From the NCBI GenBank assembly GCA_019828565.1, contig JAHDYR010000005.1, positions 905,342-969,341 on the forward strand: 64,000 nt of DNA. The letters run 5' to 3'. Both the position numbers and the translations under genes were made by a program. Below the pieces are notes generated by a model. The model had not been told where the DNA came from and did not search any database. It was given only the letters and a program-made list of their open reading frames with translations. The stretch is from Carpediemonas membranifera BICM (lineage: Eukaryota; Protista; Fornicata). Shown here piece after piece: positions 1-10,179 of this stretch; the first letter of the stretch is position 1, and each line of letters starts with the position of its first letter.

Positions 1-265
1 TGTCCAGAACAACGATGGTGTTGGTCTCGAAGCGGACGTTGGTGGCTACGGAGAGGTAGCGGCCAGTGGGGGAGAAGGCGCTGATGGCAGCCGGGTGGAT
101 GGTGATGGGGATGCGCAGGCGGATTTGGCACTGCACGGTGTCCACGATGATGACCTCCTCCTTATCCATAACAGCGATGAAATCGTTGATGGGGGAAGGA
201 CGGATCTCTGGCTGGTTACTGGCGGTTTTGATGGTGAGGCGCAAGGTGCCGTTACCAAGCGCCAT
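1..265 (-). CDS. 5' part of a beta-propeller/WD40-like protein (runs off the window start)
   Basis: ATG at 265, frame open to base 1 (MALGNGTLRLTIK...AFSPTGRYLSVA...); FSPxGxYL is a propeller-blade motif; host-like GC3-rich codons. Confidence 0.5.
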   Translation of the reverse strand, partial: MALGNGTLRLTIKTASNQPEIRPSPINDFIAVMDKEEVIIVDTVQCQIRLRIPITIHPAAISAFSPTGRYLSVATNVRFETNTIVVLD

Positions 266-591
266 TTTGTCGCCGTTGTCAGTCTCCACATAGTCGTGGA
301 AGTGAACTACATTCTCGGCAACGGTGCAAAGACGCAGGATCGCGGACATCTGGTGCTTCTCACTCTCGAACAAAGTCGCCCTCGGGTCGTGAAGTTTAGT
401 GCCCCAAGCGTGGTAGGAACCCATTCATTCAGCGCCGCCCTACATACCTAGGCTTTGGTCGAGCCATGGTTCAGCAAAATTTTGCTGCAACATTTGGCGG
501 ATGTCTGGAATCACCAGGCAGGCCTCAGACAATTAATGCGGCTCCGGTGTGAAGCAAAGCGGTACAAAATGCAAACTTTACCGCGCATCCC

Positions 592-1725
592 TTAGCCAAG
601 GAACTCAGCGTCCATGGCCTCGAGCTCCTCGATCGTCAGCAGCCCGCGCCTCGACACGTACCCTCGCACGAGCGACCAGTCGCCGCTGATGGCGTAGAGG
701 GTGACGACCCGCCCCTTCTCCAGCTGGACGTCCTGGGTCGGCTTGTGCCACGGGAGCCCATACAGGAACTGCGTCTCGACGTCATGGCCGACCGCCCGCA
801 CGGTCGTCTCGATGAGCTCGGGCCAGCCAGTGGCGATGGCCAGGCCCTTCTCGCACACCACAGCGCACTCGAGGAAGGCCGCCTGCAGCTCCTCCTCGGT
901 GCCCCAGTGCTGGGCCGCGGCCGGGTCGCCGGCCTCGTAGGAGTACGCCTTGCCGCGGACCAGGCGGATCTCACCGCCCTCTTGGGCAATCGTCTGGGCG
1001 ATCTCGACAGTGTCCTTGAACTCAGCCTGGTGGGCGATGCGGATGCCGTGGGGCTTGGATGTGTCGAGACCCAGGGCGCGTAGGGCGTTGATGTAGCTGG
1101 CAACCGTCTGCTCGCGATACTGGCGCTGCTCGATGTCAACCTCAAGGCCTACGCCGAGCTCGTGGCAAAGCTTGGCGACGAGGTTGAGGTTGGACTCAAA
1201 GAGATCGGGACTGATCTCCATGCCGAGCTGGGACGGCTTGATCGAGATGCTGCCGACCACACCGGCTTTGGCCATCATCCGGGACAGTTTGATGTACTTG
1301 GCAGTGTCGGCAACGGCCTTGTCCTCCTCGCCGGCGCGGTAGTGCTCGCCGCCGATGTTGAGGAGCATGCGGTAGCCTTCCTTGTTGAGCGCCAGGCTGT
1401 TCTCGATGGTCTCCTCGAGTGTGAAGCCGACAGTGAGGGACTGCGTCTTGGCAATGGCCGCGGCCAGCGTCTCGGTCTCTGTCGCGCGGTGGTTGGCAAG
1501 GAAGGGGAAGCGGCGGTTCATGTAGTTGCAGGTCTCGGAGCCGAAGGGACGATCACAGAGGTCGTATTCGTTCAGGAGGCTGTAGAGCTTGGATGGGAGC
1601 TCAACCGAATAGAAGTGCTTTGTGTTGGAGAGAAGCGTGTCTCCAGAGAAGTCCCGGAGCGTGGGATAAAGGAGGACGACATAAAGGAAAATCACGGATA
1701 GGACGAAAGCGTGCCAAACTTTCAT
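592..1725 (-). CDS. Monofunctional proline dehydrogenase (prokaryote-type) with N-terminal hydrophobic segment
   Basis: Motifs SIKPSQLG, VDIE, IRLVRG, QFLYG, YVSRR; first ATG outside the adjacent insertion is at 1725 (MKVWHAFVLSVIFLYVVLLY). Confidence 0.8.
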   Translation of the reverse strand: MKVWHAFVLSVIFLYVVLLYPTLRDFSGDTLLSNTKHFYSVELPSKLYSLLNEYDLCDRPFGSETCNYMNRRFPFLANHRATETETLAAAIAKTQSLTVGFTLEETIENSLALNKEGYRMLLNIGGEHYRAGEEDKAVADTAKYIKLSRMMAKAGVVGSISIKPSQLGMEISPDLFESNLNLVAKLCHELGVGLEVDIEQRQYREQTVASYINALRALGLDTSKPHGIRIAHQAEFKDTVEIAQTIAQEGGEIRLVRGKAYSYEAGDPAAAQHWGTEEELQAAFLECAVVCEKGLAIATGWPELIETTVRAVGHDVETQFLYGLPWHKPTQDVQLEKGRVVTLYAISGDWSLVRGYVSRRGLLTIEELEAMDAEFLG

Positions 1726-1738
1726 GCGTCTGGCTGGT

Positions 1739-2452
1739 TGTGCCACGCAGGATAAGAATTGTTGAGTCCAAAACACAGTGATCCGAGCAGCATCAGGATC
1801 GCAGTGTGGTTCATCATACTCTATCAATCGTGCGCTGCATATCACGCGCGCTGCAGCGCGTGCTTGCTCAACTTAGCAAGTTAATGATAGTGGAAAGGAG
1901 ATTGTTGATCTCTATCTGATCTGAAGTTGCATCGAAGGTGCACCAAAGGATGTTCTCGCTGGCGCTCTTATCTCGGTGAGAGAGATTGAGAAGTATGTCT
2001 CTCTGCTCGGGATGCCGACGTCGCCGTTCAACGCGCCATGGAGCTCCCTCGCACGCGGGATTCCGGCAGAGCATGGTGCGGTGTGTGTGCATCACACGTC
2101 TGAAGTGTGCTTTGCAGTATGGGCACACGATGGAAGTGCGGAATTCGGAGACCATCGTGACAATCACGACGACGTTGTGCCGGAGCATGATGCCAGGAAG
2201 AGAGTAACAGACGAGCACAGACGCGAAAGAAGACAGCAGCGTTCGACACAGACGAACAGACGACGCATCTTTTCGTGCAGACCGACGACTGAAAGCACGA
2301 AAGCCAGCATTGATTCCAAGCACCACCGCCTCTCGGTGAACATAAAACATGTTTACTCCTCATCCTCGCTAACCTCTTCGACCTCCGCGTTGTCGCGCTT
2401 GCCCTCGAGCCCCTCGGCGTCCTCCTCGCTCTCGCTCGCGCTGTCCTCCGAC
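1739..2452 (-). mobile_element. Fanzor-fragment element copy A (SSRP1 3' fragment + truncated Fanzor-like ORF + structured 3' end)
   Basis: 1739-2451 is the reverse complement of 32091-32803 (713 bp, one mismatch seen); flanked by 7-bp duplication GGCTGGT at 1732-1738 and 2453-2459. Confidence 0.9.
1868..2350 (-). pseudogene. C-terminal fragment of a Fanzor/TnpB-like nuclease (RuvC-II, Zn finger, RuvC-III; RuvC-I missing)
   Basis: MVSEFRTSIVCPYC...CRNPAC...HRDKSASENIL; homologous to 54084-54926. Confidence 0.8.
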
Positions 2453-2709
2453 GGCTGGTGGTTTCATAGACTGCGAAATGCCAGGTGCCCTTGGCCACGA
2501 CACACCCACGGCATGGGGATGACGCCAAGCAGACCGGGCATGGACTAGTGAAGATTGGGGGTGGTGTCCAGAGGGGCCGCGGCAAACACACTCCATCAAC
2601 ATACTGGGAAGAACAGCACTCACGGAGTCTATTGTATGAATATTTATGTACGAATCCGATGAATTATGCGAGTGATACTGTATAGTACATGCAAGGAGCG
2701 AGAGGCAGG

Positions 2710-3348
2710 TTAAGCCTGCTCGCTCACGACCGTGCTCACGATCACGCCAACGATGAGACCAACGACGACGACGATAGCCCAGTAGACGATGCAGGGAATG
2801 AGCAGGATGACCGAGACGATGATGCCCCAGGCGAGCTGGACGGCAAGGTAGATCGTGCACGGGATGATGAAGCAAATGGGGATGAGGCAGATCGCGGCAA
2901 GAACGGAGGCGATGCCGAGAACGCCGAGGAAACCGACACCGAGGGCGGCGACGTTGAGATCGGTGAAGTAGACCGAGAACGACTCGGTGCAGGCCTCGGC
3001 AGAGAGCGAATCGGTGATGCAGAAGCGGAAGGGCTTCTCCATGATGGCCTCGGAGTAGTTTCCGAAGTCAACATCGCCGAGCTCGACGGTGGCGTTGTCG
3101 ATATTGCTTGTCGTCCAGTAGAGGACCTCCTCAGAAGCGGAAGAATCCATCATAGCCTTGAGGGTGATGTTGTACATGGGAGTCATGGACTCAGTGGTCC
3201 AATCAAGCTCGATAGTGGAAGTGGGAACAGTCAACTGGCGCACAGAGGCAAGAATGTTCTTACTTGTGGACTCCATCGTAACGGCGCTGAACACAGTGGA
3301 CACGAGGACCATAAAGATAAGAAGAGAGAAGGAAAGAGAGGCCCTCAT
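2710..3348 (-). CDS. Hypothetical membrane protein (signal peptide plus long hydrophobic C-terminus)
   Basis: 212-aa ATG ORF, hydrophobic N- and C-termini, host codon bias. Confidence 0.7.
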   Translation of the reverse strand: MRASLSFSLLIFMVLVSTVFSAVTMESTSKNILASVRQLTVPTSTIELDWTTESMTPMYNITLKAMMDSSASEEVLYWTTSNIDNATVELGDVDFGNYSEAIMEKPFRFCITDSLSAEACTESFSVYFTDLNVAALGVGFLGVLGIASVLAAICLIPICFIIPCTIYLAVQLAWGIIVSVILLIPCIVYWAIVVVVGLIVGVIVSTVVSEQA

Positions 3349-3759
3349 GGGTATGGAGAGAAATATATGCTGTTGAAGTGAAAGTGAGCCTTCCCAAAAC
3401 TGCGGCTGGAAAAAACGGAACTATTTTTGAGATTAACAGACCAGGTCCTTCTCGACGTGAAAAAAGAGAAATATGAAGTTAAGAGGAACAGAGCCATAGG
3501 CTGTGCTTTTTTCGAACTCGCTACAGGCTCCTATGAGCTGACGTCGCCCCATGCCCCTAGCATTCAGCTATATATAGTAAGAAACGAGAAACACAGCAGG
3601 TGAGCGAGGCATACCATTGTACCGCGTGGCCACGCGGCTAGCGCGACTGGGATGCATCCGGAGATCAATCAGATCCGAGATTTGATGAATTCCATCGATG
3701 CTATGACGCCACACTTCAGCAGAAACACCTTCACAGGTTAGCAAGCTACACAAGCAGCA

Positions 3760-4359
3760 ATGTTCAGCAGGTATGTTCCTGACAGCTTCAAACGCTCACA
3801 CAGATCCATGTTCAACGTTTTCGACTACTTCGCCCCCATGCCCCGCGTCTTCCTTGACGGCGGCTACTACGTCCGCATCCCACGCGAGTACGCAAAGCAG
3901 GAGCCCCGCGAGGAGCAGCCCGCTCCACAGACCGCGCCCTCTGTGCCGAAGCCGGAGGGCAAGCCGGAGGAGAAGGCCAAGACCAACCCCAAGCCGAGCC
4001 GGACCGAGCCGACGCCCGAGGAGCAGCGCGAGCCACCCGCCGCACCTGCCCGCGAGCCCGTGATCCGCTTCAGCTCGACCACGACCAGGACCGTCAACGG
4101 CGTGACCGAGACGACCCGCACCGTCCGCGGCGCCGACGGCAAGACGACGTCTGTCCACAGCCGCGCCATCGGCGACCGCGCTGTCGAGCTCATCCGGGAG
4201 GACGACGGCAAGGGCGGCCAGACCGAGACGCGCACGCTCATCGGCATGCACGACGACGACGCCGCCAAGTTCGACGACGACTGGGCTGCGGCGGCGCGCG
4301 GCCTCCCTGTCATCGGGCGCCACGGCTTCCGCCGCATGCTCGAGAACAGCAGGGCGTAG
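3760..4359 (+). CDS. Myeloid leukemia factor (MLF)-like protein; probable in-frame intron 3771-3803
   Basis: SSTTT...ETTRTVR...RAIGDRA...DDAAKFDDDW resembles the MLF core; GTATG...CTCACACAG matches the local intron consensus. Confidence 0.65.
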   Translation: MFSRYVPDSFKRSHRSMFNVFDYFAPMPRVFLDGGYYVRIPREYAKQEPREEQPAPQTAPSVPKPEGKPEEKAKTNPKPSRTEPTPEEQREPPAAPAREPVIRFSSTTTRTVNGVTETTRTVRGADGKTTSVHSRAIGDRAVELIREDDGKGGQTETRTLIGMHDDDAAKFDDDWAAAARGLPVIGRHGFRRMLENSRA

Positions 4360-4574
4360 AGTAAATGAGTAGTTCGTGTGTTGGTTGGGGGTTCGCAGGT
4401 CGCTGGTGCGGCGGTTGGACCTGGATACATTCACAACGGAATTTACGGACGCGGTTGAGCCCACGCCGCAGCATATTTCAGACAGTGGAACAGCCTTGGG
4501 TCGCCTCTGTGTCCCAGAATCCACGGGGTGGTCTTGGCACAGTCACGCGAAGTCGCGTCGAGCAGGAGCGAACG

Positions 4575-6281
4575 ATGTCTGAAGGGGAAGCGTGTACAGA
4601 AGTGTCCTCGACGGGGTATGAATCGCACGATTCGCCCTTGATTTCACCTCAGACCGCCTCAGTAACAGCTGTGAATTGTAGCGAGAAGAGCGATTCTTCT
4701 TCCAATTCGGCTTCCGAGACAGAGGAATGTGGCGATTCATGCAGTGAGAAGGAGCAGAAATCGGAATACCATGTGCTTCAAGTGTCCGACGATCTCCTTT
4801 GTCCAGACGAGGTTGAATCACAGAGCAGTGAATGCGACGAGGAGAACGCACCCGAGCCTGCTCTTCCACTGGACAGCGAGGCTGCCCCTAGCTACAGCAC
4901 AACCCAGCGCGTTGTCCTCCTGGCCCTCGCCCTGTTCAACGTCTTCCTGGCGGCCGGCTCCGTCCTTGGGTTCAGCTCGTTCTTAGTCATCGTAGAGCAG
5001 CGCACAGATGCATACGTCGACCGGTGTTCCAACGGCGAGACCTCGTGCGATGAGCGGTCCGCTTACCTGTCGAACATCATGAGCCTTGTGGTGTTTATGA
5101 ACTCAATGGTCACAGCCCTCGTCGGCCTCACAGCAGATCGACTAGGGACAAAGGTCATCGCATGTGCCTCCACCGCTGTCGTCATGCTGGGTGCCGTGCT
5201 GTTCGCGTGCATCCTGCCGCTGTGGGACGCCGTGCCTCTGGGCAAGGTACTCTTCATCCCAGCCGCACTGCTGGTCTTCGCAGCAGGGCCACCCGCACAG
5301 ATCGCACTCTTCTCCATCCAGAACCTGTTTCCCCGTCACCGTGTGGTTGTCTCGGGCTCCATCACCGTTGCCTTTGCCTGCGGACCCGTTACGTGGCTCG
5401 TGCTCGAGTATCTCACGAGGGACCTCCCCGTCTGGTTCGCTTTCGCATTCTACGCTGTCCTGAACGCCGGGCTAGTTCTGGCCGGGCTCTTCGTCTGGCC
5501 CTGGACCCGCTTCGTCACCCCAGCCGCCGAGGCCCACACTCCCGCCGAGCCCGACCAGTCAGATGACTCCACCGAGCCCCCGACCATGACCCGCCGCATG
5601 CTGAGGGTGCTGCTGGATATCCCAACGGTACCCCCAAACGAGCCGTTCCTCCACACACTGGTGCACCCGGCCTTCGTCATGCTCACCCTGCTCATGTGTG
5701 TTGTCGTGCCCGTCAACTCCTTCACCACCAGCATCATGTACTACCAGGTCAAGGCCACGGGGGCGTCCGACGCTGTGGCGGCCAACTACCAGACAATCAT
5801 GGGCATCCTCCAGCTCTTCGCGGTCCTTATCCTGCCTGTTCAGGCCATAGGCAACCGGTTGGGCCCGTCCGTGACACTACTCCTGTCCTTCGTCGCCCTA
5901 TCAGTGCCCATGCTCGGCCTCATGGTCCTCATCAGTCTCTTCCACGCCCTCCGGCCCCTGTTCTTCGTCGTCTTCATCCTCATGATGCTCTGGCGCGGCC
6001 TGACCTTCGCTAACGTCTGGGCGCTCCTGCCGTACTTCTTCGGGTTTGCGAACTTCGGCAAGACCATGGCATCGATGGTTTTCGTGTTCTCCATTGCGTC
6101 TCTGTCGACCTTCCTTCTCAACTACATCACATTCTCCCTGTTCGGTGGCAGCTTCCTTGCTGTGAATCTGATACAGTTCATCGCGCTTATCATTGCGACT
6201 TCCTGCCCCATCGGCGTCTTCATTCTCGACATGCGGCGTCGGGTTCGTCGTCAAGCCCGGAGGAAACTCACTATTGCTTGA
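4575..6281 (+). CDS. MFS transporter (SLC43/LAT3-Fmp42-like)
   Basis: About 12 hydrophobic helices, GLTADRLG MFS motif, Cys-containing first loop, FGFANFGK. Confidence 0.8.
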   Translation: MSEGEACTEVSSTGYESHDSPLISPQTASVTAVNCSEKSDSSSNSASETEECGDSCSEKEQKSEYHVLQVSDDLLCPDEVESQSSECDEENAPEPALPLDSEAAPSYSTTQRVVLLALALFNVFLAAGSVLGFSSFLVIVEQRTDAYVDRCSNGETSCDERSAYLSNIMSLVVFMNSMVTALVGLTADRLGTKVIACASTAVVMLGAVLFACILPLWDAVPLGKVLFIPAALLVFAAGPPAQIALFSIQNLFPRHRVVVSGSITVAFACGPVTWLVLEYLTRDLPVWFAFAFYAVLNAGLVLAGLFVWPWTRFVTPAAEAHTPAEPDQSDDSTEPPTMTRRMLRVLLDIPTVPPNEPFLHTLVHPAFVMLTLLMCVVVPVNSFTTSIMYYQVKATGASDAVAANYQTIMGILQLFAVLILPVQAIGNRLGPSVTLLLSFVALSVPMLGLMVLISLFHALRPLFFVVFILMMLWRGLTFANVWALLPYFFGFANFGKTMASMVFVFSIASLSTFLLNYITFSLFGGSFLAVNLIQFIALIIATSCPIGVFILDMRRRVRRQARRKLTIA

Positions 6282-6423
6282 TTCCTTTGTAAATATGCGG
6301 TTGACTGGCCATGTGACTCAATGTCGGGTGTGTGTACGGTGTGGCTGGCCAGAAGCAACTGGGATAGAGTCAAGATCTTGAAAAATCGTGTCGATCTTTT
6401 CAAATTCATTCGAAAACAACCAA

Positions 6424-9400
6424 ATGGCCTCGTTTGGCCGAAATAACATGGACGACGCCTTGAATGCGCTGGATCGCACTGGATATAGCCACTGGTCTAA
6501 CCATATGCTCCTTTCGGAGGGCACAACTGACAGCATCGGAGCACAACAGCTGTTCAAGATGTTAGTCGGCGGAACTGGCGGCCTTTTCCTCCCAATTCAT
6601 GGTGAATTCGATCGAGTCCGTCAGCTAAGTCGATCTCTGCTCGAGCTGCTCACTCCCGAGACCAGCAGTGAGCTATCGGCGACGATGGACCTCCTGACCG
6701 TGTTAAACACCACAGTCGTACGAGGCCCTGGCCCAGTGGTCCTCTATCCCATCCTCAACGTCACTATCGCGGAGGGGCATGCCCGTGTGGTCCCCATTCT
6801 CACTGTAGACCCGGTGGGATTCACGAAGGACGCCCAGGCCACCGTGCAGAGCGGAGCACTTGCTCTAGAGTCCGTCAGGACCATCGTTGGAGCAGCCCAG
6901 GGCGTTAGTGTGGGCAATCAGCTGCCCTCTTCGCTTCTCTCGAGCGCCGAACAGGGTCTGGCTTCGTTGGATGTCGCCGAGCTCGCCAAGACTGCCGCTG
7001 ATGATAACTTCTTCTACCTCGCCGCAGTGACCGATAGGATCAAGCTCATCAACAGCCAGATCAATGCGGCGCTCCCCCGCATCCCCTGCGCCTACAAGGG
7101 CACCCTCACCTTGGCCTTGTGGCCGACCACACCCGCAGCCAGGGACCGCCTCACGTTCACTCACTTCCTGCACTTGCTCAGGGACCGCGTGCTGATCGAA
7201 GCACACATCCCTTTCCGGCAGATGGTCGCCGATCGGGCGATGTTGACCACCGTTGACCTGAATCGGATTAAGGTGGAAGACCTCGCCCCGGCCGCCCAGA
7301 CGCTACTGAGGTCCGACACCGCGCTTCCAGACCTGTCCAAGTTCAATGCATTCACGGAGGCCCTCGGAAAGGCGTTCCGTCAGGCCGACCTACCCCAGCC
7401 CGTCATGTCGTGGGCCGGCTTCGTCCTGACCCGAACAGACGGCCGCCCCACCCTCACCGCCCACGGCGTCCCGGTCGACCTGCCAACTAACCCGGTGCCC
7501 GACCCCTTGGCGGACCTGGCGCGGGCCCTGGGGTGTGTGGACCCGTTTGCCATCACCACACCGCTCGTGCCGCCACTTTCGCCTGGCAGCAAGCATGTAG
7601 TAGAGCAAACCAGGGCCAGGAACACGGGGGAGCTGGCCAGGCCGTTGTTCGTGTGGCTGGGGGAATCTGTGCTGACCGGGGAGCTCAAGCCCGTCATCGA
7701 CGGCTGCGAGGGTCTTTACCCCGTCCGGAAACCACTCCGTGCCGTGCTCGACCTGACGATCTCCAAGGCGCAGCTCGTTGCCGTCGCCCACCTCTCGCCG
7801 AGGGTCAAGGCGCAGCAGCTCCTGCAGGCCCTCGGGCAGCGTGGAGCCCTCGTCGACCCGACCCACTGCATCCTGGTGCGGTGCCCGACCCCTACCCTCG
7901 CCATGGACGTCGCCGCGTTCGAGTCCATCAAGCAGACGAAGGACACCGTGCTCTCCACGGCCCGCAGCTTTAGCGAGCTCCCCTCCCCAGCCGAGCGGCA
8001 GCTGGACGAAACCGACGTCACAGCCATCCAGAACCACGTCGGCTGGGGGCAATGCCACCAGGTGTTGGGCGCGATGATGGGCATGGTGACGGCGATGCAG
8101 GCCCGCCTCGAGGCCTTTGAGGCGACGCAGCAGCTGATCGTGGACCGCCTGGCGACAGTGGAGCAGAAGCTGGACGCCGCCCTGCCCCGTGCCCCATCGC
8201 CCATTGAGTGGAAGCCGAAGCACCCCGACTCTAAGTTCAACGAGTACACATCAAATGATGAAACCTCGACGATGGCCGACGACGAGGACTACACCGACGA
8301 CGAGGTGCGCGACTACATGCACCAGAGGCCGCTCCCCCTGCCCGCCCTGCAGGATAGCCAGCTGTCTACGTCCGAGGTCCAGGACGACGACAACGAGGAG
8401 ACCCACCCCGTCGTCCAGCTCCACTGGGAGGTGTGCCGCAGGTCCGCCCGGGGCGCGTGGAGGGCGGCACTGTCCGTGGTGGAGCTCACGGCGTCCACGG
8501 CCGGCATGGCGGAGGCCGTCGATGTCATGCGCAGTCTCGAGATCGTGTCGGGCGAGGCTGAGACGGACGAGGCGATCCGCACGGAGATCCTGTGCCTCGT
8601 GGCCCGCGCGGTCGTCCTCTGCATCCGGACCCCGGCCCAGTCCCAGCACGTCTGCAAGATGATCGACGCGCTCAGCCACGTCATCCGCGCCCAGTCGTTC
8701 AGCCAGGCCTCCATCGACCGGGCCCTGCTGGATCCTGACACAATGGTCCTTGAGAACGTCATGGCCGTCGTCGACAAGGCCGTGATACCCGCGGCGAGGC
8801 TCATGTCCCATCCGATGGTCTTCGCCTGTGTCCACAGAATGGCCGCCGACCCCGAGGCCCTCTCCGTGCTCCAAAGCGCCGTATCCCGCATGCTGGCGGG
8901 CGGGCTGCTTCTGAAGACTCTACAGAGCCCCGCGAAGGGCCTGCCACTGCACCTCAACAACGTTGTCTCCTTCCTCTATCGAGCTGGGTTCAACAACTTC
9001 TGGGACCACGCGATGCTTTTCCAGACGACCAAGGACAAGGAGCAGGGCTTCATCGCCCAGGCCGTCATCAAGGGTATGGGCGCGTCGATCCTGCCCGGGC
9101 TTGCCCTCGTGCTCGACCGCGTGGTGACCCGTTTCCTGCAGTCGTGCTTCGACCCGGACCCGACCTGGTCGATCAACATGGCCACTACCATCCGTGTCCT
9201 CGTCGAGGCCGTGCACCTCGACCGGGTCTGCCCCGTCCCGGAGGAGATCATGCCGACGTTCCACGAGCACGCCCAGGTACTGACCCTCGCGGCGCTGGGG
9301 GCGTACACTCTGGCACTGTCCAAGAGAGAGGAGGCCGCGTCACTGCGGGACGCTCTGCGGGTGGCGTTCATGGCGTTGCCGCGGTTCGACCTCATCCGGA

Positions 9401-9750
9401 TGCACAACGCTTTCAGCGACGAGACCATTGCGGTGCTACGGACAGCGGCGCCCGAGTTGTCGGCGTTCAGCTGTGCCCTCAACAGTGTCGTCGGCGACGC
9501 ACACCGCGTCTATGCCGGGCTCGACACCATCATCACCATATCGGGCAGAGCCACGCCGGCCGTCCGCCCGACCGGGGAGACGCCGACCTTCTTTGACTAC
9601 CACTCCTTCTTCCAGGAGGCAGGGCCGACTAACGACGACGAGGCGCTGAGTCCCGCCGCGAGCATCGACCTGCGGCTGCTGAAGGCGGTGGGGACCGAGA
9701 TGCTGCGGGAGATCGAGGCGATCCGGACCCGCTACCACCAAGCTAAGTGA
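6424..9750 (+). CDS. Large hypothetical protein (central coiled coil/acidic patch, helical C-terminal half)
   Basis: About 1108-aa uninterrupted ORF with host codon bias; no family recognised. Confidence 0.75.
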   Translation: MASFGRNNMDDALNALDRTGYSHWSNHMLLSEGTTDSIGAQQLFKMLVGGTGGLFLPIHGEFDRVRQLSRSLLELLTPETSSELSATMDLLTVLNTTVVRGPGPVVLYPILNVTIAEGHARVVPILTVDPVGFTKDAQATVQSGALALESVRTIVGAAQGVSVGNQLPSSLLSSAEQGLASLDVAELAKTAADDNFFYLAAVTDRIKLINSQINAALPRIPCAYKGTLTLALWPTTPAARDRLTFTHFLHLLRDRVLIEAHIPFRQMVADRAMLTTVDLNRIKVEDLAPAAQTLLRSDTALPDLSKFNAFTEALGKAFRQADLPQPVMSWAGFVLTRTDGRPTLTAHGVPVDLPTNPVPDPLADLARALGCVDPFAITTPLVPPLSPGSKHVVEQTRARNTGELARPLFVWLGESVLTGELKPVIDGCEGLYPVRKPLRAVLDLTISKAQLVAVAHLSPRVKAQQLLQALGQRGALVDPTHCILVRCPTPTLAMDVAAFESIKQTKDTVLSTARSFSELPSPAERQLDETDVTAIQNHVGWGQCHQVLGAMMGMVTAMQARLEAFEATQQLIVDRLATVEQKLDAALPRAPSPIEWKPKHPDSKFNEYTSNDETSTMADDEDYTDDEVRDYMHQRPLPLPALQDSQLSTSEVQDDDNEETHPVVQLHWEVCRRSARGAWRAALSVVELTASTAGMAEAVDVMRSLEIVSGEAETDEAIRTEILCLVARAVVLCIRTPAQSQHVCKMIDALSHVIRAQSFSQASIDRALLDPDTMVLENVMAVVDKAVIPAARLMSHPMVFACVHRMAADPEALSVLQSAVSRMLAGGLLLKTLQSPAKGLPLHLNNVVSFLYRAGFNNFWDHAMLFQTTKDKEQGFIAQAVIKGMGASILPGLALVLDRVVTRFLQSCFDPDPTWSINMATTIRVLVEAVHLDRVCPVPEEIMPTFHEHAQVLTLAALGAYTLALSKREEAASLRDALRVAFMALPRFDLIRMHNAFSDETIAVLRTAAPELSAFSCALNSVVGDAHRVYAGLDTIITISGRATPAVRPTGETPTFFDYHSFFQEAGPTNDDEALSPAASIDLRLLKAVGTEMLREIEAIRTRYHQAK

Positions 9751-10179
9751 TTTGATACCGTTAAACTATTCTCTGCGCCTGCTGGTCTGGAGCAGGCGAG
9801 CTGATGGCACCGATCTGCCTTTCGTGTCGCATTCATAGCCTCACTTTTCCTTACGGTCTCGCCGGCAGCACTGTAGAGCATTCGCACCGGAGTTTACAGC
9901 GACGGGCATCAGATGGCCAGTAGAATACGATACGATGCTTCCATATTTAGATTCACGCAGATGTCGAAATGTGTTGCCTCGATCGTCCGGATGGACATGA
10001 CAGGGTCGGAGTCGGAGTCTCAGGGCGCCTCTGGGGACGTGAAATTTAGCCACGCCGCGAGAGGCCGTGAATGCTCATGTATTAGCATGCCTGCCTGTGA
10101 TATCGGCCATGCTCGCTTGAATCACTCAAAATTTCTCTGACAGTCATGACAACGAATGACATGCCCATAACTTGAGGAT

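Noticed and set aside
1726-1845. N-terminal extension of proline dehydrogenase in the ORF track
   Set aside because: Non-ATG start, and most of it lies within inserted copy A
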